A DNA stretch of 64,000 bases from an uncultured Eubacteriales bacterium (GTDB lineage Bacteria > Actinomycetota > Coriobacteriia > Anaerosomatales > PHET01). Below, in pieces: positions 9,696-19,749 of this stretch. The notes below the pieces were generated by a model, which was not told where the DNA came from, searched no databases, and saw only the letters and a list, made by a program, of their open reading frames with translations. Positions within the stretch are counted from its first letter, which is position 1; every line of letters starts with the position of its first letter. Where the stretch lies: contig CAZCRB010000002.1 in NCBI GenBank assembly GCA_964500985.1, forward strand, positions 36 to 64,035, given 5' to 3'. The position numbers and the translations under genes are program-made.

Positions 9696-10001
9696 TCAGG
9701 GCCGGCCGAAACGGTCGATGAACAGGCCGACCAGCCCAGCCTCCATGAAACGGTCCCACCCGCTCGGCGGTTCGGCGCGAAGCGTCGCGTCGTAGCGGGC
9801 CCTGCTCTCCGCGTCGCGCAGCACCGCGTACGCCTCGTTGATCCGTTGCATGCGACCCGTCGAGACGCGCCGGTCCTCCGGACGGGCGCGATCGGGATGG
9901 TGCTTCATCGAGAGCGCCTTGTAGGCGCGCTCGATCACCTCGGGTTCCGCGTCACGGGTGACTTGGAGCGCGCGATAGTGGTCAACCCTCGCGTGGCTCA
10001 T
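9696..10001 (-). CDS. DnaJ (J-domain) protein
   Basis: HYRALQV..AYKALSMKHHPD..INEAYAVL..RARYD. Confidence 0.88.
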   Translation of the reverse strand: MSHARVDHYRALQVTRDAEPEVIERAYKALSMKHHPDRARPEDRRVSTGRMQRINEAYAVLRDAESRARYDATLRAEPPSGWDRFMEAGLVGLFIDRFGRP

Positions 10002-11992
10002 CAGTGGACCTCACACGAATGCTTGGGGACCCGGGACGGATCGAGGTATATCTCGACCGGGTCGGGGCAGCGCGGATTGGCGAGCTGCATGGACTCTGGG
10101 CAGACGCGCACAACCACCTGGCCGGAGACGTCGGAGTCCGCGGTCGCGGCCTGCGGTGTGCCCAGTGCCATCGCGCCCTTCATGAACTGGGCCCATATCT
10201 TGGCGGGATAGCTGCCACCGGTGACCTTGATCCCGTGCACGTTGGTCATGTCGATCTGTCCCTGCGGGTACCCGACCCACACGGCCGTGCTGATGTCGCC
10301 GGCCCAGCCGACGAACCAGGCGTCCCGATACGACTGCGTGGTCCCCGTCTTGCCCGCGGCCCACGTTCCGATTCGTGCCGCGGAACCCGTTCCGTGCTCG
10401 ACGACGTCGTGGAGCATGAGCGAAGACTCGGCCGCGATGGCCTCGTCGAGCACGCGCTGGCGCGAAAGCTCGGGCTCGTACACCACGGCGCCCGTGTCGG
10501 TCGTGACCTTCTCGATGCCGGAGGGCGCGACATAGACGCCACCGTTGGCGATCGTCCCGTACGCCGACGCCATCTCAAGCGGCGAGACGCCGGTGGTGAG
10601 CCCGCCGAGCGCGATCGCAGGATCCGCATTGACCGGCGAGAGGATGCCGAGCCTTCGGGCCGTCTTGGCGACCTTGTCGGGGCCGACCTTGGTGATCAAC
10701 CGCGCATACACCGCGTTGACGGACCAGCTGGTCGCGGCCTGAAGGGTCATCGAGCCGTGGGTCACCGTGTTCTCGTAGTTCTCCACGTTCCACACGCCGT
10801 CTTTGACCGGGACCGAGAACGGGGCGGCGCTGTAGACGTCCTGCGGACGCACGCCCTGCTCGAGGGCGGTGACGAGCACGAACGGCTTGAACGCCGAACC
10901 GGGCTGCCGGCGGCCCTGCGCGGCGAGGTTGAACTGGTTGCTGGCGAAGTCGCGGCCGCCCACCATCGCGATGACCCGACCGGTGCTGTGGCGAATGGCC
11001 ACGACCGCCGCCTCGGGATCGTCACGCTGGAGCTGACCGGCGGCTTGCTCGGCCATCTTCTGCGCGGGGAGCTCGAGTGAGGTGTAGACCCTCAAGCCGC
11101 CGTTGTACACCCGGTCCGCACCGAGCCGGTCGATGAGGTCCTGCTTGACGTACTCGACGAAGTACGGCGCGACCGGGGGCACGTCGGTCGGCGGCGCGAG
11201 CGCGACGTCGGATGCTTGCGCCTCGTGCGCGGCATCTTGTGAGATGTAGCCCTGTTCCGCCATCAATGACAGCACGAGGTTGCGACGCTTCTTCGCCTCG
11301 ACGGGAGCGCGGAACGGGTCATAGCCGACCGGCGACCGGATCACGCCGGCGAGCATCGCCGCCTCAGGCAGCGTGAGCGTTGATGCCCCCTTGCCAAAGT
11401 AGTGCCGCGCCGCGCTCTCGACGCCGTATGCTCCGTTCCCGAAGTAGACGGTGTTCAGGTACGTCTCGAGCACCTGGTCTTTGTCGGCCTTGGTCTCGAA
11501 CTCGAAAGCGAGAAGCGCCTCGCGGACCTTGCGGGTGAGGGTGCGGTCGCCGTCGGTGAACAGGATCTTGACGAGCTGCTGGGTGATGGTCGACCCGCCC
11601 TCGCGCACCTTCCCCGCCGTCGCGTTGGCCCTGAGCGCTCGTCCTATCGCCTCGATGTCGACGCCGTTGTGCTCGTAGAAGCGGCGGTCCTCGACGGCGA
11701 CGACGGCATCGCGCAGGAACTCCGGCGTGGTGTCCAGCGCGACCACCGTGCGGTCCTGGTCGCCGTGCCACTGCGCGATCGGCGTCCCATCGGCCGCATA
11801 GACGACCGACGTCCTGGGCGTGCGCAACTGGGCGCCGTCGACCCTCAGGTCGGGCAGCGTCTGCGAAAGACTGAAGAGGTAGATGCTGAGCGCCGCAAGC
11901 GCCACCACGACCACGCCGAGGATGCCGGCGACGATCTGGAGTACGGTACGGACGCGCTTGTTCAGCGTCACCGACGTCTCCTCAGGGGCCAT
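10001..11992 (-). CDS. Class A penicillin-binding protein (PBP1A, transglycosylase + transpeptidase)
   Basis: AVEDRRFYEHNG, GGSTITQQL, YLNTVYFG, GSAFKPF, SVN and KTGT motifs; N-terminal TM. Confidence 0.95.
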   Translation of the reverse strand: MAPEETSVTLNKRVRTVLQIVAGILGVVVVALAALSIYLFSLSQTLPDLRVDGAQLRTPRTSVVYAADGTPIAQWHGDQDRTVVALDTTPEFLRDAVVAVEDRRFYEHNGVDIEAIGRALRANATAGKVREGGSTITQQLVKILFTDGDRTLTRKVREALLAFEFETKADKDQVLETYLNTVYFGNGAYGVESAARHYFGKGASTLTLPEAAMLAGVIRSPVGYDPFRAPVEAKKRRNLVLSLMAEQGYISQDAAHEAQASDVALAPPTDVPPVAPYFVEYVKQDLIDRLGADRVYNGGLRVYTSLELPAQKMAEQAAGQLQRDDPEAAVVAIRHSTGRVIAMVGGRDFASNQFNLAAQGRRQPGSAFKPFVLVTALEQGVRPQDVYSAAPFSVPVKDGVWNVENYENTVTHGSMTLQAATSWSVNAVYARLITKVGPDKVAKTARRLGILSPVNADPAIALGGLTTGVSPLEMASAYGTIANGGVYVAPSGIEKVTTDTGAVVYEPELSRQRVLDEAIAAESSLMLHDVVEHGTGSAARIGTWAAGKTGTTQSYRDAWFVGWAGDISTAVWVGYPQGQIDMTNVHGIKVTGGSYPAKIWAQFMKGAMALGTPQAATADSDVSGQVVVRVCPESMQLANPRCPDPVEIYLDPSRVPKHSCEVH

Positions 11993-12081
11993 AGGTCGAG
12001 TACACTTGCTGCCAACCGCCTGAAGCGGGCGGCACGCGGCGCAGCAGCGCCGCCGAGGGAGCGCATGGAGCGACGCACGAC

Positions 12082-12681
12082 ATGGTAGCACGCAAACAAG
12101 GTGCCGACTCTGCCGTCACGGGCACCGTTCAGGCACTCTTCCATGCGTGGCGCGGACTGCTGACGATCGTGGCAGAGGAGCTCTGGGGCGCCGTCCGCTC
12201 CACCCACCAGGGCCTCACCGCGCTCGCCCAAGGTGACGCGCAGGCCCTGACGGGCGGCGTCGCGGTCGCGGGCGGCGTCGCGTTCTTGGGCATCGGTGCC
12301 GCTCTGTCGATCGGGCTCGCTCCGGCAGGCCCCCCGCGAGCCTCCGCCGCGATCGGCGCTGCCGCGACCGTGCTGTGGTCGCTCGCCCGCCTCGCGCTGC
12401 TCCACATCGCCGCCGGCGGCAAGGCCGTGAGACCGGGCACGATCACCGGGGCATGGGCCGCGGGACTGATTCCGTACGCTCTGGCGGTGACGGCTTGGAT
12501 GCACCCGGTCGCGTGGGCGGCCTCCGGACTGCTGACGCTCCTGACCCTGTCGGCGCTGGGCACCGAGGCGCAGGTGGCGAGACGAGCGGTCCTGACCGCG
12601 TGGTCGGTCCAGGCGGCGGCGGTGGTCCTCGGCCGCATCGCAGCCAGCGCGTGGGTCGCCGTCCTGCTCGGCGGCGCCTAG
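12082..12681 (+). CDS. Hypothetical multi-pass membrane protein
   Basis: About 5 hydrophobic segments; fills the gap and converges on the DMT gene. Confidence 0.55.
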   Translation: MVARKQGADSAVTGTVQALFHAWRGLLTIVAEELWGAVRSTHQGLTALAQGDAQALTGGVAVAGGVAFLGIGAALSIGLAPAGPPRASAAIGAAATVLWSLARLALLHIAAGGKAVRPGTITGAWAAGLIPYALAVTAWMHPVAWAASGLLTLLTLSALGTEAQVARRAVLTAWSVQAAAVVLGRIAASAWVAVLLGGA

Positions 12682-13604
12682 AACACCGGCGACTCAGGCG
12701 GGCGCGGTGCCCCCTGCGCGATGCGCGCGGACAACTCCGCACCGACGACTCCGGCGAGAACCAACCCGGCACCCACCATCTGAAGCCCGGTCAGCCGCTC
12801 CCCGAGCACCCACCAGGCCAGCACGATGGTGAACAGCGGCTCGACGGTCGAGACCACGGCGGCCTGCGATGCGCCAAGACCGCGGATCCCTTCCAGGTAG
12901 AGCACGATCGCAAGAAACGTCGGCACCAGCACGATGATGCCGAGCATCACCCATGCCTGCGACTCCCAAGCGGCCGGCGAGAGCGCGCCGACACCGCCGG
13001 CCACCAGCGCTCCCACGGCCGGCAGGAGCATCGCGATGCCGAACGTGTAGGCCATCATCGTCAGTCGCGAGCGCCCGGGCAGCCAGCGATGCGAGAGCAG
13101 ATTGAACAGCGTGTAGCCCACCGCCGCCCCCAAGCCCAGGGCGATGCCCTGCCACTGCGCGTGCACGTCGCTGCTGCCGAGGCCGACGACCAGCGCGCAT
13201 CCCAGGAAGGTCGTGAGCACGGCCAGCCCCTGCTGCCACGTCGCCCGCTCCCCCAAGAACAGCCAGCCCGCGATCGTGACGAGCGCCGGATAGGCGTAGA
13301 GCAGCACGGCGACCACCGATGCGTCGGCGAAGGTGAGCGCGTAGAAGAAGCAGACCGAAGCGGCCCCGTAGCCGGTCAGCGCGAGAATCGCATAGCGCCC
13401 GAGATCCGCCCGCGGCACCAGGAGCGCCCGCGGCGACCGAAGCGATGCGAGGACACCGAGCAGCAACGCCGAGAACGCGAAGCGCCATGCGAGAAGCGGG
13501 AGCGGCTCGGCCCCGGCGTCGTAGGCCAGGGGGGTCAGTACGGCCAGCGTTCCAAAACAGGCTGCCGAGGCGATGACGGCGGCAAGCGCCCACTGTCGCT
13601 TCAC
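12678..13604 (-). CDS. DMT/EamA family transporter
   Basis: About 10 TM; FYALTFADASVVAVLLYAYP and VVSTVEPLF motifs; GAAGGAG RBS before GTG 13604. Confidence 0.9.
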   Translation of the reverse strand: MKRQWALAAVIASAACFGTLAVLTPLAYDAGAEPLPLLAWRFAFSALLLGVLASLRSPRALLVPRADLGRYAILALTGYGAASVCFFYALTFADASVVAVLLYAYPALVTIAGWLFLGERATWQQGLAVLTTFLGCALVVGLGSSDVHAQWQGIALGLGAAVGYTLFNLLSHRWLPGRSRLTMMAYTFGIAMLLPAVGALVAGGVGALSPAAWESQAWVMLGIIVLVPTFLAIVLYLEGIRGLGASQAAVVSTVEPLFTIVLAWWVLGERLTGLQMVGAGLVLAGVVGAELSARIAQGAPRPPESPVF

Positions 13605-13706
13605 GCGCTCTCCTTCTCGAAGTCGGGTGACGCCTACCCTCGCACCGAGCCCGGGTAGCGTCAACCCGCATGATAGACTCGGCGCCGACCTACCCGAGGA
13701 GCCCCG

Positions 13707-14096
13707 TTGACGACGCCTGTGACATCACGAATCCTGCGCTGGATACCCGCTGCCCTGTGGGCCGGCGCCATCTTCGCCGTCTCTTCGGTACCGGGCTCGA
13801 ACATCCCCGGACACTACGGCACGCAGGCACACTTCACCGAGTACGCGATCTTGGCCGCACTCGTCTTCTTCGCACTGCGAGCGACTCGGCCCGCCGCCAC
13901 CGCTGCGATCATCGCGCTGGCCGTGGCATCGGCCTACGGGGTGACCGACGAGTTCCACCAGAGCTTCGTCCCGTTGCGGACACCGGATGTCGTGGACTGG
14001 CTCGTCGACACCGCGGGTGCCGCGTTCGGCGTCGGCGCCGCGCTTGTCATCGACGCTATGGTCTCGCGACGGCGCTCGCGCCGGGCTAGACCCTAG
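13707..14096 (+). CDS. VanZ family membrane protein
   Basis: AHFTEYAIL..YGVTDEFHQSFVPLRTPDVVDWLVDTAG. Confidence 0.88.
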   Translation: MTTPVTSRILRWIPAALWAGAIFAVSSVPGSNIPGHYGTQAHFTEYAILAALVFFALRATRPAATAAIIALAVASAYGVTDEFHQSFVPLRTPDVVDWLVDTAGAAFGVGAALVIDAMVSRRRSRRARP

Positions 14097-15196
14097 TAGA
14101 CCCCGCTCGCTGCGGCGGCGTTGGGGTCGATCCCCAGCTGACGCACCTTGATCTTGAAGTCGTGCGCGTTGTGGGCCATCGCGATCGCGTCATCCAGCGT
14201 GATCTGGCGCTGCTGGTACAGGTTCAGCAGTGACTGGTCGAACGTCTGCATCCCGTAGTACGAGCCCTCTTCCATGGCGTCCCTGATCAGGTACGTCTTG
14301 TCCGGATCGTTGATGTACTCGCGAATCGTGCCCGTCATCACGAGCACCTCGACCGCGGGGACCAGGCCGCCTTGGATCGAGGGGACCAGCCGCAGGCACA
14401 CGATCCCCCGCAGCGTGGACGCGAGCATCAGCCGGACCTGCTTCTGCTGGTAAGGCGGGAAGAAGTCGATGACGCGCGTGATCGTCTCGGTCGCGTCGAT
14501 GGTGTGCAGGGTGGAGAGGACGAGGTTGCCGATCTCGGCCGCGGTCAACGCCGCCGAGACGGTCTCGTGGTCGCGCATCTCGCCGATGAGCACCACGTCC
14601 GGGTCCTGGCGCACGACATGGCGCAGTGCATCGGCGTAGCTATCGGTGTCGATACCGATCTCGCGCTGGTTCACGATGCACTTCACGTCCTGGTGAAGCA
14701 CCTCGATGGGGTCCTCGATGGTGACGATGTGGCCCTCGCGGGTGTGGTTGATGTGATCGATCATCGCCGCGAGCGTCGTGGTCTTGCCCGAGCCCGCCGT
14801 ACCCGTGACCAGGATGAGGCCACGCGGCTCGTCGGCGAGGCGGCGGATCACGGGCGGCAGGCCGAGGTCCTCGATGCTCGCACGGTCGGTGGCGACGCGC
14901 CGCAGGGTCATACCCACGCTGCCGCGCTGGTGGAACACGTTGATGCGAAAGCGGCCCACGCCGGGCAGCGAGTAGGCGAAGTCAGCCTCGCGGTGGTTCT
15001 CGAACGAGCGGAGCTGACGCTCGTCCATCATGCCCACCGCGAGCGTGTGGGTCTGCTCCGACGTCAGCGGGGGCAGCTCATGCAGCAGCACAAGCTTGCC
15101 GTTGAGGCGGATCGCCGGCGGGCTGCCGACCTTGACGTGCAGGTCCGAGCTGCCCCGTTCGCTCATGATCTTCAGCAGTCCGTCGATTTCCGCCAT
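14093..15196 (-). CDS. pilT: Type IV pilus twitching-motility ATPase (PilT/PilU family)
   Basis: GTAGSGKTTT Walker A, TIEDPIE, RQDPDVVLIGEMRD, STLHT and GMQTFDQSL motifs. Confidence 0.93.
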   Translation of the reverse strand: MAEIDGLLKIMSERGSSDLHVKVGSPPAIRLNGKLVLLHELPPLTSEQTHTLAVGMMDERQLRSFENHREADFAYSLPGVGRFRINVFHQRGSVGMTLRRVATDRASIEDLGLPPVIRRLADEPRGLILVTGTAGSGKTTTLAAMIDHINHTREGHIVTIEDPIEVLHQDVKCIVNQREIGIDTDSYADALRHVVRQDPDVVLIGEMRDHETVSAALTAAEIGNLVLSTLHTIDATETITRVIDFFPPYQQKQVRLMLASTLRGIVCLRLVPSIQGGLVPAVEVLVMTGTIREYINDPDKTYLIRDAMEEGSYYGMQTFDQSLLNLYQQRQITLDDAIAMAHNAHDFKIKVRQLGIDPNAAAASGVY

Positions 15197-15326
15197 CGCG
15201 AGTCATCTCCAAGTTCGAACGCGTGTTGGGCCCTAGTCTATCGCACGGCAAGGAGCGCCGGACGCGAAGCGCCCCCTCCGAAATCTATCGTCGTAAGGGG
15301 GCGCCGCCTGAAGTATGAGGTGGAGA

Positions 15327-16349
15327 CTAGGGCCTGCAGGCACCCGCGTAGTCGCCGCGGTCGAGCGCGGAGATCTTCACCACGTCGCCGGTATGCGGAG
15401 CGTGGATGTACATGCCGCCGCCCACGTAGATGCCGACGTGATGGATCGGCGACCCGAAGAACACGAGGTCCCCGGGCGCGAGGTCGCTGCGCGAGACCCG
15501 CTGGCCGCACCCGATCTGGGCGCGCGAGCTGTGCGGAAGCGACACGCCGACCTGTCGATACACGAACATCGTGAAGCCGGAGCAGTCGAACGAGTTGGGA
15601 CCGGCTGCGCCCCAGACATACGGCGCGCCGAGGTAGCGCTTCGCGATGCTGACGACCTCGCTGCGAGCCGCACGGGTCGGCGGCGGGAACTTCTTGCCGC
15701 CCCCGTTGCTCCTGACGAACCGGGGGGCGCGCGCAGCGCGAGCCCGCTCCTCCGCGGCCTCGAGTGCCGCGATCTGTGCCTCGAGTCCGGAGAGCTTGGC
15801 CTTGCGCTGCGCGAGCTGCGCCTGGATGGACTCCTTGTTCTTCTTCATCACCGCGACCTGGACCGCGGCCGCACGTTCCTTTGCCGCGAGGTCCTTGTGC
15901 GCGGCCCGCACCTCGGCGCGCAACTGCTTGAGCTCGGAGACGGACGCCGCGTCGCTCTGGTTGAGCCCCTTGAGCAGGTCCCACGTCGTGGCGAACTCCT
16001 CGAAGGACTGTGCACCGAGAAGCACGTCGAGGAACCCGGTGGGGCCCTGGCGGTACATGTTGTTCGCCCGCGTGCTCAGGTGCGTCTGCACGACATCCAT
16101 GCGCGCTTGGGTCTTCTTGAGCTTCTTCGCCGCGCTGTTCTTCTCGGCGATGAGCTTGTTGTGTTTGGCTTTCGCCTCGTTGTAGCGCTCGGCGGCCACC
16201 TCGACCTTCTTGTCGAGGCGGTCGATCTCCGCCTTCACCGATCGCGCCTGATCGAGTGTCGCGCCAGGCACCGCGTATGCGGGCACGGCGGCGAACACGA
16301 TCACGGCGGCTAGCGCCAATGAGACGAGTGTCCTCGTTCGGCCGGTCAG
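15327..16349 (-). CDS. Secreted coiled-coil + NlpC/P60 peptidoglycan endopeptidase
   Basis: Signal peptide, long coiled coil, PYVWGAAGPNSFDCSGF..HVGIY. Best RBS (GGAGG) precedes a CTG at 16349. Confidence 0.9.
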   Translation of the reverse strand: MTGRTRTLVSLALAAVIVFAAVPAYAVPGATLDQARSVKAEIDRLDKKVEVAAERYNEAKAKHNKLIAEKNSAAKKLKKTQARMDVVQTHLSTRANNMYRQGPTGFLDVLLGAQSFEEFATTWDLLKGLNQSDAASVSELKQLRAEVRAAHKDLAAKERAAAVQVAVMKKNKESIQAQLAQRKAKLSGLEAQIAALEAAEERARAARAPRFVRSNGGGKKFPPPTRAARSEVVSIAKRYLGAPYVWGAAGPNSFDCSGFTMFVYRQVGVSLPHSSRAQIGCGQRVSRSDLAPGDLVFFGSPIHHVGIYVGGGMYIHAPHTGDVVKISALDRGDYAGACRP

Positions 16350-16413
16350 ATCGTTTCCTCCCTGGCATACCGGGGGCTGGGCACTCCGCAGGATTCTACC
16401 ACGAAGCACCCTG

Positions 16414-17307
16414 TCACCCGAAGGCGAAGCACACCGCATCCAGCAGGATGACGGCTGCTCGCTGGTCGTTTCGTTCGTCGGTCGTACCGGATCCGCCCAC
16501 TTCCACGACGACTTGCGGGCAGTCGCCACGGTACGCGGCGACTGCCGTGAGCATCCGCGCCGAGACCGTCTCAGCGTCTTGAAGCCGGACCACGGGCCTT
16601 CCTGCAACAGCAGATGCCATGCCGACGCCGCAGACGAGCAACGCGATGTCCGCGGCACACTCCGACACCTGGTCTGCCGCCACGACGGTGACCCGCGCGT
16701 CGGCGGTGGTGGCCTGAGCGAGGTTGGCCATCCGGTTCGCGACCGCCTCACCGGAGGCGTCGAGCCCCGCCAGGGCGATGCTGACGCGCGACAGCACTTC
16801 GGCCGCGCGCGCCGGCGACCCGTGAGCGGCGGAATGGGACCGCGGCTCCTTGCCCTCCCAGACGTGCCGGAGCGACCTGATGACGCGCACGGTCTCCGGG
16901 CCGACGATCCCGTCGGCGGGAAGACCGGCGTTGCGCTGGAACTCACGCACCGCGCGCTCCGTGAACGCACCGAAGATCGCATCGGGTGCCCCGCACGCAA
17001 ACCCCAGCGCGTTCAGCGCCTGCTGCAACACCGCGACGTCGTGCCCGTGAAAGAACGGCACCCGCAGGTAGAGCATGCGGTCCCCGAGCGTGAAGGTCGC
17101 GTCGACCAGCGCCGACCAGGTCTCATCGCCAACGAGGCCGTCTTCGGACAGACCGTGCTGCAGCTGAAACGCCCTCACGGCGTCGAACGTGCGTCCATAG
17201 AAGACACCATCGACCCCGGTGGGACCGAGCTCGTGACCGAGCACGAGAAGCCGTCGCTGGATGTCTTCGACAGCCGGGCCTCTGTCGCCCGACCGAACAG
17301 GTTTCAT
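16414..17307 (-). CDS. Peptidoglycan-binding domain protein (two PG_binding_1 repeats, CwlM N-terminus-like)
   Basis: DGVFYGRTFDAVRAFQ..DGLVG and DAIFGAFTERAVREFQ..DGIVG repeats. Confidence 0.85.
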   Translation of the reverse strand: MKPVRSGDRGPAVEDIQRRLLVLGHELGPTGVDGVFYGRTFDAVRAFQLQHGLSEDGLVGDETWSALVDATFTLGDRMLYLRVPFFHGHDVAVLQQALNALGFACGAPDAIFGAFTERAVREFQRNAGLPADGIVGPETVRVIRSLRHVWEGKEPRSHSAAHGSPARAAEVLSRVSIALAGLDASGEAVANRMANLAQATTADARVTVVAADQVSECAADIALLVCGVGMASAVAGRPVVRLQDAETVSARMLTAVAAYRGDCPQVVVEVGGSGTTDERNDQRAAVILLDAVCFAFG

Positions 17308-17328
17308 CGGAGCCGTTCCTCCCTACGA

Positions 17329-17676
17329 TCAGCGGTCGCCGCTGTAGCGGTTCCTGAACCGCTCGGCACCCTTTCGCAGGTGCGCCTGGGCGCCGCCGGT
17401 GCGCAAGTACCGCTCGACTTCGAGTGCGAGCACCGGCTCGGGCGCGAAGCGGCAGGGCCTGAGGCGCGGGTCGCCGTCGCAGGATACCACGCGGGCGCGC
17501 GACAGGGCCGACAACACGGGCTCGACGCGAGCCGCCGACATGCCGGTGGCGCGACCGATGCGCTCGACGTCGACAGCCTCGGCGCGGTGCATCTCGAAGT
17601 ACGCGACGACCTCGCGCACGGTCGCCGCGGTCTCCCGGTCGTCGGGCAGGGCCTCCAGCGCCCTGCGCAGACTCAT
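17329..17676 (-). CDS. Hypothetical protein, possibly winged helix
   Basis: 115-aa ORF with GGAGG RBS, in line with the operon. Confidence 0.55.
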   Translation of the reverse strand: MSLRRALEALPDDRETAATVREVVAYFEMHRAEAVDVERIGRATGMSAARVEPVLSALSRARVVSCDGDPRLRPCRFAPEPVLALEVERYLRTGGAQAHLRKGAERFRNRYSGDR

Positions 17677-17712
17677 CTCGAACGCCTCCCTTGGGTGGTG
17701 GAGGGACCGGGC

Positions 17713-19212
17713 TCAGCAGCCGGTGACCTCCACGCGGTTCTTACCCGCGCGCTTCGCCCGGTACATGGCCGCATCGGCCAGCTCGAGCAGCCGCGCGGCA
17801 CTGGACGCATCGCGCGGGAACGAGGCCACACCGACGGACACCGTCCGCTTCACCGGGCCGCTCCCGCCGGTGTCCCAACTCAGATCACCCACGTCGGCAC
17901 GGATCCGGTCCGCCACCGCACTCGCCCCTTCGCAGTCGGTCTCCGGCAGCACCACGACGAACTCCTCGCCGCCGTAGCGCGCAGCGATGTCCATCTCCCG
18001 CAGGTTGCTGCGGATGATTCCCGAGACCGCCTTGAGCACCTTGTCTCCCTGGGGGTGTCCGTAGGCGTCGTTGAACTCCTTGAAGTTGTCGATGTCGAGC
18101 ATGATCAGCGACAGCGGGTGCCCAAAGCGCGCAGAGCGCTTGAACTCCTCCTCGAGGCGCTGCTGGAAGTAGCCGTGGTTGTACAGCTCGGTGAGACGGT
18201 CGGTGACCGACAGGCGCTCGAGCTCACCGTGCAGCAACGCGTTCTGGAGCGAGAGTGAGCTCTGGTTCCCCAGCACCTGCAACCGCTCCATCTCCTGGGG
18301 GGAGAGTTCGCGACGCGTCGCCGAGGCCATGACCATGACCCCGAAGACGTTCTCGCCCGCGCGCAGGGGGACCGCAGCCTGGCTCACGACGTCGCCGCGG
18401 TCCAGCACCCACGCATTCGACGAGACGTCCCGGTCCACGTCGGCCTCTTGCAGCGATCCCTCACGAAACGCGTACCCGAGGATCGTCTCGGATACGGGGA
18501 CGACGTGGCGAAAGGCCGTCTCGGGACGCCCCTGACTGGCCGCCAGCTTGAGCGTCCAGTCATCTCGGCTGAACAGGTAGACGCAGCTGATCTCGGCACC
18601 GAGGATGCCGTTGCACCCGTCGACGATCAACGAGCAGACGTCATCGACGGACGTGAAGTTCGTCAGCGCCTTGAAGAACTCGTGGGTGAAGAAGATCTCC
18701 GCGAGCCGGCTCTCCAGCTCCTCGTTCGCGCGCTCGAGGGCCTCTTTCGAGGTCTGCAGCCGGCGCTCGTGACTCCTGATCTTGTCGTAGGCGACCTGCA
18801 GCTCGACGAAGAGCCGTCCCTGCTCCTCGCCACGCTTCTTGGCGACGAGAAGGTCCCAGACCAGCTCCGAACCGCTCGCTCCGACGAGAGCGACCTGTGC
18901 CGGCTTCTGCGCCTCGAGCTGAGGGTAGATCCGCGGATCGTCGCTGATGTCGATGATCAGATCGAGGTCGGGAACCTGGAACACCTCGACGAGCTGGTCG
19001 GTCACGAACACGCCGAGGTCTTCGCCAAGGCGCACGGAGGGCGACGAGAGGTGCGGGGCGCAGACGGCCACGACGCGCGCGCCCTCCACGTCGTTCATGA
19101 GGCGCAACAGCGACGCGGCGCGGGTACCACCGCCCACGATGGCGAGCGTGATCGGCCCGCGGCTGGAACCGCGGAACTCGCCTGCCCGTTCTATCTCGTC
19201 CATCAGCGTCAT
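17713..19212 (-). CDS. Diguanylate cyclase (Rossmann-like domain, coiled coil, GAF, GGDEF)
   Basis: TDRLTELYN, DIDNFKEFNDAYGHPQGD and RYGGEEF motifs; GAF region; N-terminal AIVGGGTRA. Confidence 0.93.
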   Translation of the reverse strand: MTLMDEIERAGEFRGSSRGPITLAIVGGGTRAASLLRLMNDVEGARVVAVCAPHLSSPSVRLGEDLGVFVTDQLVEVFQVPDLDLIIDISDDPRIYPQLEAQKPAQVALVGASGSELVWDLLVAKKRGEEQGRLFVELQVAYDKIRSHERRLQTSKEALERANEELESRLAEIFFTHEFFKALTNFTSVDDVCSLIVDGCNGILGAEISCVYLFSRDDWTLKLAASQGRPETAFRHVVPVSETILGYAFREGSLQEADVDRDVSSNAWVLDRGDVVSQAAVPLRAGENVFGVMVMASATRRELSPQEMERLQVLGNQSSLSLQNALLHGELERLSVTDRLTELYNHGYFQQRLEEEFKRSARFGHPLSLIMLDIDNFKEFNDAYGHPQGDKVLKAVSGIIRSNLREMDIAARYGGEEFVVVLPETDCEGASAVADRIRADVGDLSWDTGGSGPVKRTVSVGVASFPRDASSAARLLELADAAMYRAKRAGKNRVEVTGC

Positions 19213-19227
19213 CAGTGCCCCACGTCG

Positions 19228-19746
19228 CTACAGCTGCTTCATGCCGAACTGGTAGCTGCGCACCACGACCAGCCCCGTGTCGAGGACGAACTCGACCGTT
19301 CGGGCATGCGCCTCACCTGTATCTTCGGCCACAAGCGGGATCGACATGAGCGCAAGTTGCCGCCTGACCTCGGCGATGTTGCGTTCGCCTATGCCCGCCG
19401 CCTGCGCATCGCCGTGGAACATCGCGGCGCCTCCGACGATCTTGGCCTGCAGCCGACGCCGCACGGAGCCGGCCGCGGCGAGGCGCTCCACGAGCTCCGG
19501 TACCGCCCAGTCGGCGAACCGCGCGCTGCGGCCGTCGACGCTGTCAGACGAGGGGCACGGCAGCATCACGTGCGCGAGTCCGCCGCGGCGCGCGAACGCG
19601 TCGTAGAGCGCGACCCCCACGCACGAGCCGAGAGCGGGCGTCATCAGACGCTCGGGGGCCTCGCCCACGACGATCTCGCCGATGCCCACCTCGATGAGTT
19701 CGATGTCGGTCGAGAAGATGCTGGAGCTGTCGACCTCTTCAGGCAC
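19228..19746 (-). CDS. cheD: Chemoreceptor glutamine deamidase CheD
   Basis: LGSCVGVALYD..GGLAHVMLP..AKIVGGAAMF..IGERN..EDTG. Confidence 0.93.
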   Translation of the reverse strand: MPEEVDSSSIFSTDIELIEVGIGEIVVGEAPERLMTPALGSCVGVALYDAFARRGGLAHVMLPCPSSDSVDGRSARFADWAVPELVERLAAAGSVRRRLQAKIVGGAAMFHGDAQAAGIGERNIAEVRRQLALMSIPLVAEDTGEAHARTVEFVLDTGLVVVRSYQFGMKQL

Positions 19747-19749
19747 CGG

